This document shows positions 13,411-26,376 of a DNA stretch of 64,000 nucleotides, piece by piece. This DNA comes from Eledone cirrhosa. Lineage: Eukaryota. The notes beneath the pieces were generated by a model. It ran no database searches. It was not told where the DNA came from and was given only the letters and a program-made list of their open reading frames with translations. Position numbers and translations under genes: made by a program. The stretch lies in the NCBI GenBank assembly GCA_964016885.1, contig OZ024747.1:51832001-51896000 (forward strand). Direction: 5' to 3'. The number at the start of each line of letters is the position of its first letter. Position 1 is the first letter of the stretch.

Positions 13411-14153
13411 TCACTATCATCAAAAACACTAACACTGACTCACACAATACACAGCGTATGTCAATGTCTTTCTTTTGGCCAGTTTTGGCAATTGCCTCCT
13501 GACCTCATTATTTTATTGTATATTTTTGCCATTATCCACCACCCGCACTCCTTCAGTCTGCCCTCCACAATCCCCCCCCCACCCTCCACCATCCACTCCC
13601 GTCCATCTTCCAAACGTCCACACCAACTTCTGTCCCTCCACGGCCATCATCTCTGACCAAGCAATCATCCAACTCCCACAACACTTCCGTCATCTATTCC
13701 TCACAGTGTGAAATAATAATCGTGTTACTGCAGCCAATCTGGAGTAGGGGGAGTTAAAAGAGGAGGAGGGTGAGGAGGAGGAGGAGGAGAAGAAAGGACA
13801 GGGGGGTATACAGGAGGAGGGGGTGAGAAAGGCTAGCTAACTTCATGAAATTGTAAAAACACAAAGAATAAAATTAAAAGTAGACGACAAACGAAGAGAA
13901 ATATTCCAAATGTAAGACAAAAAAATGATGGATATGACAAAGAACTTTTTCTGTGTCACTCACGTGGGATAATGGACAGTAACAACAACAATGACAGCGA
14001 CAGCAAAGATGGCAGCAATGACGACTTCAACAACAACTACAACAACAGCAGCAGTTGTAGTGACTACTGTACAAAGGTGTTGAAATTCCATACCACTGCA
14101 ACCGACACATTCACAACATTCACACCACTACTACACATTATGAAATGTATATA

Positions 14154-14473
14154 CAGTTTCACCCCGGTATTCGTGGGGCTTTACGTTCCTAGAGCACACA
14201 TGAAGAGTCAAAACCCGCGAATATTGGACGTGTTTCATAAAAATGCCTGTAAACGTCAAAATATGACGTAAAATAAACGCCGGAAAATACGGTATATTGG
14301 TATTAATAATTTAGCGTTAAAACGCGTGAAAAAAATATATATTGCCACGAAAAACAAGGCATTAAAAATCGCGGAAGATATTTACGATTCTACGAATATG
14401 CGGTGGTTTCCATGGACAATTATTTGTTAGGTTCTAGGGAAACTTTCGCGAATAACCTGGACCGCGAATACTG
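14154..14473. mobile_element. Possible pogo/Tigger-like MITE
   Basis: TA|CAGT...ACTG|TA ends, with imperfect subterminal inverted similarity (TATTCG..CCTAGA). Confidence 0.4.
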
Positions 14474-14518
<45 letters not shown>

Positions 14519-14519
<1 letters not shown>

Positions 14520-14720
14520 GTAGGTCCCGGGTTGAGTCGGGGATAACCACAGTAAGTAAGGTACTCAATACATGGCAGAGTAACATTTTTTATTTTATAG
14601 AAGGAGCTTCTACAGGACTAGTACTGTTTCATTCAGATGAAATCTTCAGGTGCTTCCTGAAGATTTCATCTGAATGAAACAGTACTAGTCCTGTAGAAGC
14701 TCCTTCTATAAAATAAAATA

Positions 14721-14724
<4 letters not shown>
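14519..14724. mobile_element. Fold-back HHR element in (TA)n, family A
   Basis: 63-bp perfect inverted arms at 14588-14650 and 14656-14718. It shares its terminal sequence (CCGGGTTGA..TAACCACAGTAAGTAAGGTACTCAATAC) with 21472-21660. Confidence 0.8.
14652..14700 (+). ncRNA. Type I hammerhead ribozyme
   Basis: GCTTC-CTGAAGA-t TTC atct GAA t-GAAA-CAG tactagtc CTG-TA-GAAGC. All three stems pair and the cleavage triplet is GUA. Confidence 0.8.
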
Positions 14725-14759
<35 letters not shown>

Positions 14760-14761
<2 letters not shown>

Positions 14762-14912
14762 AAGGTGGGTAACATTCCCGAGATCCATGGACGAGTTCTC
14801 TCCAGCGGTCTCTGTCCCTCATTATCGCTGCCATGTCCTGCGTCTCCAACAGACCAGTGTCTGCCCTTAGGACATCAACATACGTTAACCTTGGTCTTCC
14901 TCTTCTAGTGTG
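14760..14912 (-). mobile_element. RTE-clade LINE 3' tip
   Basis: Translates to RRGRPRLTYVDVLRADTG..MRDRDRWRELV, a typical RTE ORF C-terminus. Confidence 0.7.
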
Positions 14913-15221
14913 TCCATGTATATGTGTGTGTGTGTGTGTGCGTGTGTGTGTGTGTGCGTGTGCGTGTGTGTGTGTGTATGTGTGTGTGTATATATACGTA
15001 CATATATATATATATATACACATACATATATGCATATATCAAAATAGGAAAGTGGCATATTAATTTAACGAAAGTTTATTTTCATCACATATGTTTCAAT
15101 TGATATTTTGCTCCAAGATAACGAGCTCTTCAGATGTGTATAAACAGTGGGAGTTAAACTAGTATATATATAGATACACATACATTATATACTCCTAGAT
15201 ATATATATATACATACACACT

Positions 15222-15265
<44 letters not shown>

Positions 15266-15298
15266 AATAATGGAGCTGCGGCGTTGCAAATGGGATAC

Positions 15299-15402
15299 AT
15301 ATGAAAAAGTGAGTCCTTCATCAGTGACCCTCCAACCGTCCTGGCCCTTAAAGCGATGAAATGCCCAGGACGGTTGGAGGGTCACTGATGAAGGACTCAC
15401 TT

Positions 15403-15411
<9 letters not shown>
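15299..15411. repeat. Inverted repeat (about 46-bp arms) containing CTGATGAAGGAC, between (TA)n tracts
   Basis: ATGAAAAAGTGAGTCCTTCATCAGTGACCCTCCAACCGTCCTGG and its reverse complement. Only the 5' half of an HHR core is present. Confidence 0.85.
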
Positions 15412-15462
<51 letters not shown>

Positions 15463-15464
<2 letters not shown>

Positions 15465-15620
15465 CGAAGGAGGTGTGGTAAGGAGCCAGATGGACCATAA
15501 TGCACCAGAGTATTCAATACTTAGGGTAGTAGAGTGGGAAATAGGAAAAAGTATGACCCCGATGTCCAGAAATAGCCGTCGAAACGGCTTGAGCTCTGCC
15601 GTCGGGGTCATACATTTTCC

Positions 15621-15622
<2 letters not shown>
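15463..15622. mobile_element. Fold-back element with the 3' half of an HHR, family B
   Basis: GAAA-CGGC ttgagctct GCCG-TC-GGGGTC. The same sequence occurs at 60429-60498 and the same terminus at 7820-7898. Confidence 0.65.
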
Positions 15623-15659
<37 letters not shown>

Positions 15660-15804
15660 TAGGTCCTGTTACACCTCATAGGGTCGTAGGGGTACCGTAG
15701 GGACATACGGCGTTTCTTGGGCATTTAATGCCTGGTGGATTCCATCCTTCACTAGACCTGGATACAGCAGATTTCTTCCAGAGAGAAGAAGAATGGACCT
15801 CAGT

Positions 15805-15955
15805 ACTAAACTGGTACTTTTTTTTTCGGACCTCGAAAAGATGAAAGGCAAAGTTGACTTCGGCAGGATCTGAAATCAGAGAGCAGAGGGCCGCAACGAA
15901 TACCACGAAGCATTCTATCGGACATTTTAACGACTCTGCCAATTCGCCGCCTTAT
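15805..15955 (-). mobile_element. Diverged Nin/Deu-domain SINE
   Basis: CTGGTACTT..GATGAAAGGCAAAGTTGAC..CTGCCAATTCGCCGCC. Confidence 0.7.
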
Positions 15956-16423
15956 ATGGGTTGTGTACAAATTCATTCAAAAAAAAACAAAAAAAAAAAC
16001 TTGGGTAACATTTTGATTCTTACATTAAACAGTCGGCAAATGTATGAATAAAGATTGGTGATAAATTTATAATTATTTGCGAAATAATAGATTTTTAAAT
16101 AATAATAAAATATTAATTCTTTTGTTTAAAATGATAATTAAAATAATGAATGTAGAGTTCAAAAAAGTTTAGACAAAAATAATGGGTGGAGTACATTCTG
16201 GGTAAAAATTGGATAAAATGGGGGGTAAAATCATGGTTGCCTCATGGAGGCCGTAATAATAGGGCTAGTTCGGCTACCAGCGCTTTATTAATTCGTTGTT
16301 TTCGTTCTTACTTCGTTGTGTCCCCAGTAAGGAAACATGATTTAACTGATGACGTCACTGATTGCTTTGGGTCATGGTCTGATGACTTAGATTGATCTGC
16401 CGCATAAATACATACTTACATAC

Positions 16424-17032
16424 ATGGTGGCTGCCAACTCGTTTTCGAGTACGGCCACTACTTTATATCCATGTAGGAGAACCCCTACCGATGCGCTGAA
16501 CGACTGTGACTTTTTAGTCCAGCCAGCGACTTGAAAACTTTGGTAAGAACACTACACTTGTGACAATTATTGACACATAGTGCTGGGCACATGGTACCAT
16601 GTGACGACAAGTGCAGAGAGATCTCCAGATATAAAGCAATGCCTGTGCCGTGAAGCTTTTATAGTGAGCAAAGGCACTGCACAAAGCCAGTCCCACTCTC
16701 TTAACCAAGATGATATTTACCAAAAAGAAGAACAAGTCAACATCATTGGATACCATCAGGGTTGCAGGTGTTATATCAGAGTTTTCCTTCTCCTAGAATT
16801 CTGCCCTGACAAAGGCTAAGGGGTCATCTCTCCCGGTGATTTTGGATGGCCATTGACTCTTAAGAGCTCCTTTGCCCTTTGACAGGTTTTGTTTTTAGTC
16901 CTGCAGGATGCCCAAAGTCACCCTCCTCACCAAGAAACCTTGGTGGGGCTGCCAGTTTAGTCGCCAACGACCCGACCATGAGACAGGTTGTACTGGGATA
17001 CATGTTACCAGTAGCACCAGCTGGTGACCTGA
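16424..17032 (-). mobile_element. About 610-bp non-autonomous RTE-derived retroelement in (TACA)n
   Basis: Near-identical to 56922-57530 in opposite orientation. It contains the RTE 5'-UTR-like motif CTAGGAGAAGGAAAACTCTGA and has (TACA)n on both flanks. Confidence 0.78.
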
Positions 17033-17284
17033 CATACATACATACATACATACATACATACATACATACATACATACATACATACATACATACATACACA
17101 ACCCATTGTTTCATTGTGAACGTTAACATAGATTTATCCCCTACTTTTATCCACAAATCAATTTATTCTATTTTTTACCTATCCGTATATTAATGCTGGG
17201 AACAAAAAGCCTGAAATTCTCACACTTTCCTCATTAATTTACAAGGATTTTAACCACAACTTATTTACCTATGATTTTACCAAG

Positions 17285-17512
17285 CAAGACTTCTCGTGTC
17301 CTTGGTCCTGGAACCACCACCCTACTACCACCATCGACAGGGAGTTGTGTGGGCCACGTGAGCTGGAATGGCTCTTCCAACGTGTCTCCCTCATTATGCT
17401 CCGGGGAAACGCCTTCTTTGTTCTGTCCGCTGGAGCCGCGGGATGGCCAGCGCATAACCCCCCCATTTGATTATGAGATATGGAGAGAGCGAGAGAGACG
17501 AAGGCAGTGACA
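17285..17512 (+). mobile_element. CRE-clade non-LTR retrotransposon 3' fragment
   Basis: Translates to ..VLGPG..RELEWLFQRVSLIMLRGNAFFVLSAG, similar to the CRE C-terminal FQRLSVAIQRGNA motif. Homologous to 27535-27782. Confidence 0.65.
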
Positions 17513-18288
17513 AACGGGAATTTGATTCTATTTTGATCAGTCCTGGTAAGGAATTTTTTTGTTTCTGTGTTGTGCAACCTCTTTGCTGTTTTAACGATAC
17601 AGATTTTGGCCCACGTCCGTCTATTTTCAATTCTCTCCTTAATGGATCGACAATTTGACACAGAGACCTAGATCTATCACAGAATAATTCGTAACCATAA
17701 CCAGAGAATCTTGGGACTAGGAGCCGTGCTCTCTCTGTCTCTCTCTCACTCTCTCTCTCACTCTCTCTCTCTCTCTCTCTCTCTTCCTCTCTCTCTCTCT
17801 CTCTCTAGATTCACTACATTTTTTTTTTAATTGCTTCACGCACAATTTTCTCACATATCTCTTGTGTGTATTAACTTATGAATATGCATAATGAGTATGC
17901 ATATGCATAGAGGCCACGTACGTGTGTATGTGTTTGCATGTGTGTGTGAGTGTGGGTGTGTGCATATGAACTCATATATACGCATTGGATCTATGCTTCT
18001 TTCTCCGTGTGTAAATATAAATACCTATAAGTATTTGCCAAGAAGTCTGTATGCGTGTTTATGTGTGTTTGTGTGTGTGTGTGTGTGTGTATGCGTGAGT
18101 GTGTGTGTGTGTGTGTTTGTGTGTGTGTGAGTATGTGTGTGTTTGAGTATGTCAATGTAAAAGTAAGTGCACGGCTGTCAATTGGGAATGTGATCATACA
18201 TATATAAACTTCCCATAAGTTTAATATAAAAGAAAATGCTTTTTTGTACATTTTAAGGAATTTGTCAAGGCCTGGTACCACAGCTAGA

Positions 18289-18353
<65 letters not shown>

Positions 18354-19276
18354 TATGTATATAGTGTATATACTTGTATATATATATATAGATGAATGCA
18401 TACCTACATATATATATATCTATATATCTATATATATATATATATATATATAAAGAGAGAGAGAGAAAGAGAGAGGGGGGGGGGGCAGAGAGAGAGACAG
18501 GGAGACGTTTTATACACATTACCAAAGGACTTTCAGGCATAGATATCAGATTGAACTTTGCATAATAATATACAGCCACCCAGCGTGATTTCTGACAACC
18601 ACCCTTAAATATAATATACTTTACTTCAATACTTCAAGTTTCGAGTTCAAATACTGCTGATGGCAATTCTTTCTACATGAGTCTAAATCCTAAACATATT
18701 TCAATAATCGATGAGATTCTTCAAGTTTGATTCACATGCCGTGTTTAAAAAGATTAAAAACAACGAATTCCTTTTGATCTCATATTTTTTATAATGCCCA
18801 AGGTTCATATAGAGCTCAATTGTTTCGCACATTAGGGGTTTTTTTTTTACCCTCTGTTCCCTTAACTTTTTTCCACGATGAATGAAGATTTAAAGATCAA
18901 AGAATGCGTCAAATTCTAATAAAATCTTCAATTCAGATAATTTACATACACGTATCTTGATACACCCAATATACATGTGTGTATCTTATTTTCAGTTTCA
19001 TTCTGCATCGAAATATATCGAAATATATTTATGCGTATATGTGTGTGTATACTTGTGTGTGTATATGTAGAGTTGTATGCTTACATCCTGTACATATATA
19101 CAATTGTATACAAGCGTATATAAGTGTATAACATAGGTGTGTATGGAAATACGATGTCTTTATTCCTAATAAAAATATATAAATGTCGCTATGACTGTGT
19201 CAAGCTTAGAACGTTATAATCAACTATACTTTCATATAAACCTCTATTGTGATTTATACTAAGTTAGTACAACTGC

Positions 19277-19339
<63 letters not shown>

Positions 19340-20084
19340 CGTGTGTGTGCGTGTGTGTGTGTTTCTGTGTCTATATGTATGTGTGTGTTTCAGCCAAACT
19401 TCAGCTCCATATATACAAAAATCCTATGCTCTATACCTAGCTTTAGTTCGCCCTACAATCCTCTACATCAAGCCCTAATCTATTACACCAAGTTTTATTT
19501 CACCCTATACCAAGCTCCAGTCCATTACACTAAACGTCAGTCCGATACATCAAATATTAGTCTGCTCTACGCCAAGACCCAGTCCGCTGTATCATGCTTC
19601 GGTACGCCTAACACTAATCTCTAATCCACTACACTATGATTCAGTTTACCACACCAAACTTTAGTCGATCCTACAGCAAGAACCAATGACTAACTTGATA
19701 CGTTCATCTAAATTCTTTACTATCCTAATCTCCATAACAGCCACCTTCTTCCAAAAAGTCAGACCTGTCCGAAGGTTGGGTAAAATGGCTACCGGTATGT
19801 GTTATAACTCGTTACATTCTAAGTTCAAAACCATTGAAGTCAACTCTGTTCGTCTTCTCAGAGTTGTGAAATAAAGCACAAGACTCGGGTAGTGAACTGG
19901 CAGAATGGATAGAATATGGGATTAGATACCTTGTGGTGTATGGTCGTCCCTTATTTTTAATTCTTAGATCGAATCTCCCCGTGGCCTACCAACCACCATG
20001 GGCAGGGGTGTAATTAAATCAGGGGATAGCATGAGAATAATCTAGAATATTCACTGTGATAAAAGAAGGCGTAATCTGCTGATG

Positions 20085-20600
20085 GCATTGATGTTGTTGG
20101 TGATGATGCTGTTGCGGCTGTAGCTGAGGCTGCTGATTCTGTTGCTGCAGTCGCTGGTGATGTTAATGGTGATGATGATGATGATGATCATGATGATGAT
20201 GATGATGATGACGGTGATAATGACAATGATGATTATGAGGAGGAGAAGGAGGTGGAGAAGGAGGAGGAGGAGGAGGAGGAGGAGGAACATCACAATGACG
20301 ACGATGGTGATGATGATCATCATCATCATCATGGTCGTCGTGAAGATGATGATGATGAGGAGGAGGAGGAGGAGGAGGAGGAGGGGGAGGAGGAGGAGGA
20401 AGGGGAGGCGGAATTGGAAGAAGGTGAGGGGGATAAAACCTCGATAGCAAGGTTGATGACGATGATGATGATGATGATGACGATGATGACGATGACGATG
20501 ACGATGATGACGATGACGATGACGTCGCAAACGACCACCAGGACGATGGTGACGATGCCGATGTCGATGAAGACGCTGTCAGTGACGACAACAATAACGC
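20085..20600. repeat. (GAT)n/(GAG)n/(GAC)n compound trinucleotide array
   Basis: Direct reading of the sequence. Confidence 0.9.
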
Positions 20601-20610
20601 TGCCGATGAT

Positions 20611-20800
20611 AATTGTTTCTATTTTAGGCACAAGGCCAGCATTTAACCCAGTGCATTACTGGTACTTTATTTTATCGACCCCCGTAAGAATGAAAAGCAA
20701 AGTTAACATCGGCGGGATTTGAACTCAGATCGTAAAGAGACGTAACTATGCTGCAAAGCATGGCATCCGACCCTCTACCGATACTGCCAATCCACCGCCG
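20611..20800 (-). mobile_element. Full-length Nin/Deu-domain SINE with TSD
   Basis: Reverse complement of the SINE consensus. TSD GCCGATGATAAT at 20602-20613 and 20797-20808. Confidence 0.88.
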
Positions 20801-21412
20801 ATGATAATGGTGATTATTATGATCATATCGATCATGATGACGAAAGCTAGGTCATCATATAACCAAATAAATAGCTAACAAAGCGAAATATCCGAAAAAT
20901 CAAACCAAAAACAACACAAAATAAACCTCCAAAACAAACAAACAACAAAAAATAGCGGGCAGGTCAAAAAATAAAGTAATAATATAGAAATGAAATGGAA
21001 GCAGTTATGGTTGTGTTCCGTCATAAGAGATAAAATATTTGGATTCTCCAGCTTCAGTGCTTTCTGAAATAGCAGATTGGACAACGAAATAATCAATCAA
21101 ATATCTGTAGAGAGAATTTAAAACAAAACAGTCAGACGATTAATGTTTTACTATCTGCTTACGTATATATTTCATTTTTACTATTGGATATATTTTTTTC
21201 TCTCCAAATTTAGCTGTTATGGTGGTGGTAGTGGTATTGGTAGTGGTAGTGGTAGTTGTTATGTTGGGGCTAGAGGTTGATGTACGATAGCTTGGTTATG
21301 TATGTATATATATATATAAATATATATATATACCTAAATATATGTATATATATATAGAGAGAGAAAATTGAGGTTGGTAATGGCACATGGAATATATAAG
21401 AGACAGAACACT

Positions 21413-21453
<41 letters not shown>

Positions 21454-21591
21454 TATTTATATATATATATAAGTTAAGTTATTCCGGGTTGAATCGGAGG
21501 TAACCACAGTAAGTAAGGTACTCAATACATAGCAGAGTATAAAAGTTTTAATATAGATTTAATATAGATGAGATTCTACAGAAAATCATCA

Positions 21592-21644
21592 GAGATTCCT
21601 GATGATTTCTAAAGAATGAAACAGTTCTAGTCCTGTAGAATCTC
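21592..21644 (+). ncRNA. Type I hammerhead ribozyme (family A, within element 21472-21660)
   Basis: GAGATTC-CTGATGA-t TTC taaa GAA t-GAAA-CAG ttctagtc CTG-TA-GAATCTC, with a 7-bp stem I. Confidence 0.82.
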
Positions 21645-21658
21645 ATCTATATTAAAAC

Positions 21659-21709
<51 letters not shown>

Positions 21710-21712
21710 AAA

Positions 21713-21817
<105 letters not shown>

Positions 21818-22160
21818 AAATGTATATGTGTATATATATATATGTGGGTGTGTGTGTGGATGTGTGATTGGGTGGCTGTGTGTACATATAGTCTGCTCAT
21901 TTGTTATTACACTAGCTAGATTATAACTCATCTCAGAAATATGAATTCGTAAACATATAAGCCACTCCCTATCATCTCTAACATCTCTACCACTGGTTTC
22001 AATCAGTTTATGATATAATTTAATACATATATGTTTTCCGTAATACACCCTCCATTTATCATTAATACTCATTAACATACTCCCACCTTTTCATTCAAAC
22101 ACATATGCACTGATTACACAGACACACACAAGCGCGCGCACGTATATATATATATATATA

Positions 22161-22382
22161 CGATATTAATAAATGGAAACTATATTTATAAAACGATATT
22201 TATTTCATTATACATATTTCAGGGATACGAAATTAAATTATGGTATGCCTTCATCATACAAAATACAATATATAACAGTTTTACAAATAAGCGTTGACGT
22301 ACCCTATTAAAATGCAACCATTGTTTTTGGAAGTCATCCCAACAATTTGGAAGTCTATCCCAACAATTTTAAATAGAACTTT

Positions 22383-22385
<3 letters not shown>
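22161..22385 (-). mobile_element. HHR-family element, antisense homolog of 30895-31160; core mutated
   Basis: Reverse complement of the 30915-31052 sequence; the core reads ATGATGA instead of CTGATGA. Confidence 0.7.
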
Positions 22386-22426
<41 letters not shown>

Positions 22427-22442
22427 GGTGGGCATTTTTGTG

Positions 22443-22474
<32 letters not shown>

Positions 22475-22496
22475 CAAATGCTTACACTAAGATATG

Positions 22497-22524
<28 letters not shown>

Positions 22525-22528
<4 letters not shown>

Positions 22529-22999
22529 AGTATGTATACGTACATACATATATGTATACAGACGTACAGTAGTATGTGCATATATATACGTACATGCACA
22601 CATATATATATGTACGTATGGATTCACCAAACATTTATTGTAATGCTCGGTATGTTTGTAAACAAACATCCCGTATTAAGCCGTAGTGTCTAGCAACCAC
22701 CGTTGTTCGTTTGTTCAACACTGACAAAGGAACGCTTAACTAGTTTCAAGCTTGTTAGCTATCGTCAGCAACGTATACCTTCCTGCCAGATAGTTGAACG
22801 TCCGAAAGTATATACTTTCCTTATGCATATTAACGGCTGAGTAGCCCAATTTGCATATCGAGTGGGTTAATTGCCCGGGTTCACCGAAAACGATAAACGG
22901 AAAAAATGAAACGAAATTTCATTTCCCACTCTTAGTACGGCTGTTACTTAAATATAAGTATGTATACGTACATACATATATGTATACAGACGTTCAGTA

Positions 23000-23042
<43 letters not shown>

Positions 23043-23383
23043 CAACACTGACAAAGGAACGCTGTACTAGTTTCAACCGTGTTAGCTATCGTCAACAACG
23101 TATACCTTCCTGCCAGATAAGCGTTCCTTTGTCGGTGTTGAATAAACGAGCAACGGTAGTTGCTAGACACTACGGGTTAATACGGGATGTTTGTTTACAA
23201 ACACACCGAGCATTACAATAAATATTTGGTGAATCCATACGTACATATATATATATGTGCATGTATATATATATATACATACTACTGTACGTCTGTATAC
23301 ATATATGTATGTACGTATACATACTTATATTTAAGTAACAGCCGTACTAAGAGTGGGAAATGAAATTTCGTTTCATTTTTTCC

Positions 23384-23390
<7 letters not shown>
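22525..23390. mobile_element. Complex inverted and direct duplicated element with two HHR copies
   Basis: 22525-22735 is inverted at 23121-23330, 22894-23000 is inverted at 23281-23388, and 22712-22792 is directly repeated at 23040-23119. Confidence 0.8.
22733..22773 (-). ncRNA. Minimal type I hammerhead ribozyme (second copy at 23060-23100)
   Basis: Consensus of the two copies: CGTTG-CTGACGA-t AGC taacaa GCT t-GAAA-CTAG-TA-CAGCG, with palindromic stem III ACTAGT. Each copy carries different lesions. Confidence 0.65.
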
Positions 23391-23445
<55 letters not shown>

Positions 23446-23516
23446 ATATATATATGTTGTTTTCACGCGCATATATGTTTTCTTTTCCATTCCCATTAAT
23501 TTCCTAATTTCCGCTA

Positions 23517-23614
<98 letters not shown>

Positions 23615-23623
23615 TCTCTGTAT

Positions 23624-24340
23624 GATAGTTATAGCTCTGATTCATCTGAATTATTGAGCCCTCTGCCGCTCATATCGAATTTCGTTTATCGTGAACTCGT
23701 GCGCCGATTTTTCGATACTCGATCTTTCTAATATATTTAGCTCTGGACATAGCTATCCACCAGTTAATTTTATTGCTCATTTTTTGTCGATTCTATTGAG
23801 TGATGAATAGCTTTTGTTTTATTTTAACATGTCTATTGAGCACTCTAATTCGATATGTGTATTTCCACATTCACTCGAATTGTTTTCGCGGATATAGGGG
23901 TCATCTCCCTTGTCTAATGCCATGTGCGTTTTTCACTGGTAGTTGACTCCTCTGCCGCCAGGAAAAAACTCGTTGATAACGTAAACCTCCGTTCCACTTG
24001 CTCTAGTAGGCTTTCATATTTATATGTGAGCTGATAGAGTACAGTCTAAGGATTTACAGAAACCCATGAAGCTAGATTTAACACCTTTCTAGCGGGTCCG
24101 GGTATGATTTTACATTCATTTAACTTATTGACGTATTGTTTTATTGATATTTTTTATCTGTTTGGCCCGAATCTTCCTTTATCGATTTTAAATCGTATGG
24201 TTGATTGTAGACTTGTTCTATATGTGACGGTATTTTAACGATAGTTATAGCTCTGATTCATCTGAATTATTGAGCCCTCTGCCGCTCATATCGAATTTCG
24301 TTTATCGTGAACTCGTGCGCCGATTTTTCGATACTCGATC

Positions 24341-24352
<12 letters not shown>
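23624..24352. mobile_element. Non-coding element bounded by 113-bp identical direct repeats
   Basis: 23624-23736 equals 24240-24352. The interior is about 500 bp with no ORF, and the element lies between (TC)n and (TA)n. Confidence 0.7.
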
Positions 24353-24372
<20 letters not shown>

Positions 24373-24409
24373 CCATCTATCTATCTCTCCTGCTCTCATC
24401 TCACGTTCC

Positions 24410-24440
<31 letters not shown>

Positions 24441-24520
24441 TTGTGTATGTGTGGTTGTGTGTGTGTGTGTGTGTGTGCATGTACAATCCGCCACACACAC
24501 ACACAGAGACACACACACTC

Positions 24521-25519
24521 TACGCAAACTCCAGCTGGTGCGTGCAAACTGAGTCTGGTGGGACGGAGTTCTTTGACATTGCCTCCGGAGTCAGGCAGGG
24601 TTCCATTCTCTGTCCGCTGCTGTTCCTGTTGACAGCCGATTTCCTTCTAAGTCGAACAGATGAAGGACCCAGTTCGAGGAGTCCCATAGAGAGGCCATTC
24701 GAAGCTGGGGTACCTGGCATTTGCCGACAACATCGCTTTGATCGCTGAAGACAGCGCAGATTTGCCAGCTCTAACAACATCCTTGCAAGAGAGTGCGGAA
24801 AAATCGGCCTGAGAATCAACACCAAACAGACCAAGGTGATGAGAACAGCCAACAATACAGGCCCAGCGATCGGAGTCAATCAACAAGACCTGGAGGAAGT
24901 CCATCAATTCACCTACCTGGGCAGCATCTTGGCAAGCAATAGCGGTGCAGGGCTCGACATCAACTGTCGGATCGGCAAAGGAGTCACAGTTTTCCAGCGG
25001 TAGCACCTAGTCTGGTCGTCTTCATGCTTCAGCACCATGAACAAGCTGCGCCTGTACAAGAGAATCGTGTTGCCGACAGTGCTTCACGCGAGCGAAACCT
25101 GGAAGAGCACGACAAAGATAGAGAGACGGCTGAACACTTTCCAGCAGCGGCCCCTGTGAAGGATCCTTCGTGTGTTCTGGCGCGGCTGAGTGCGAAACGA
25201 ATAAATCGTGCGGAGAGCCGAGTCGTGGACGCTACAGAGGATGGTTGTGGAGTACCGGTGCCACATGGCTGGCCATATTCTGCGCCTGCCTGACGAATAA
25301 AACTCGAAGACAGTGATGAACTGGAATCCACCCAGTGGCAAACGGGGGCGGGGTTGCCCCAGGATCACCTGGTAACGAATGTGCCAAAAGGACCTGTTGG
25401 CAGTCAACATCACTTGGCACGGACGCGAAAAAGCCGCCGCTGATTGTGATCATTGGTGACTACTTACTGTTCGATGAGCGGAACGGCGCGGAAGAACCTA
25501 AGAATAAGACTAAGACTAA
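24521..25519 (+). mobile_element. 5'-truncated RTE-clade LINE (RT pseudogene)
   Basis: SGVRQGSILCPLLF, LAFADNIAL, GLRINTKQTKVM and FTYLGSIL across frameshifts, then a short tandem tail (TAAGAC). Confidence 0.88.
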
Positions 25520-25617
25520 TATATATATATATATATGTCCCACTCTACCTGTCCATATATCTCTAAATGGTATATATATATTGACTGACACTCTTGCATG
25601 TAGAGAACCACATAGAA

Positions 25618-25677
<60 letters not shown>

Positions 25678-26031
25678 TCACACAAACAGAACGAAGAGAT
25701 ATCAGTAAACACTCCGTGTAAAACACCTCAGTCAGCCGCGATGTGGCCCAGCCATAATTACAGATCTATCTACTTCACCTTACCATGACGTAGAGGTCTG
25801 TTCAGACCCGCAACCTGGAACATTGGGCAAATGTGTTCTACTATAAACTCCGATTGGCCAATATATTTTTTGTCAAAATCAAAAGGTAAAATCTCTCAAC
25901 GATTAGTTATAAGTTGTAGATGCTATATAACAGGTACTAATCGAGGTGTTTGAGGCAATCATAAAGCACTCAATAGAGCGATATGTTAATACATTACCGT
26001 CCAGAGAAAACGCAACAGTTAAAAAGTGTGA

Positions 26032-26076
<45 letters not shown>

Positions 26077-26339
26077 AAGAAGAAATTAAAAGATGGTTAA
26101 AAAAGTTCCATATATTTTATTATGCGCATTTTGAAAACAACATCATCCTGGGACAAAAATTGTGTTCTCATCAGATAAAATAAGGTAACATGATATGAGG
26201 CCTAAAAACACTTGTGAACAAGAAAGTGTCCAGTCAACATATGCTACTTATCTGATATATGCATAATTTTATTGTTCTACAATATTACTCACCTCCTACA
26301 TATATATATATATATATAAATTAGTATATATATATATAT

Positions 26340-26376
<37 letters not shown>

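Noticed and set aside
12412-13656. 414-aa His/Pro-rich ORF
   Set aside because: It starts inside a SINE and runs through a (CAC)n array that is stop-free by composition.
16514-16819. Recurrent 72-80-aa ORFs (MVSNDVDLFF.. / ..[13 protein letters not shown]..)
   Set aside because: They recur only because the host repeat is multicopy, and they show no protein motif.
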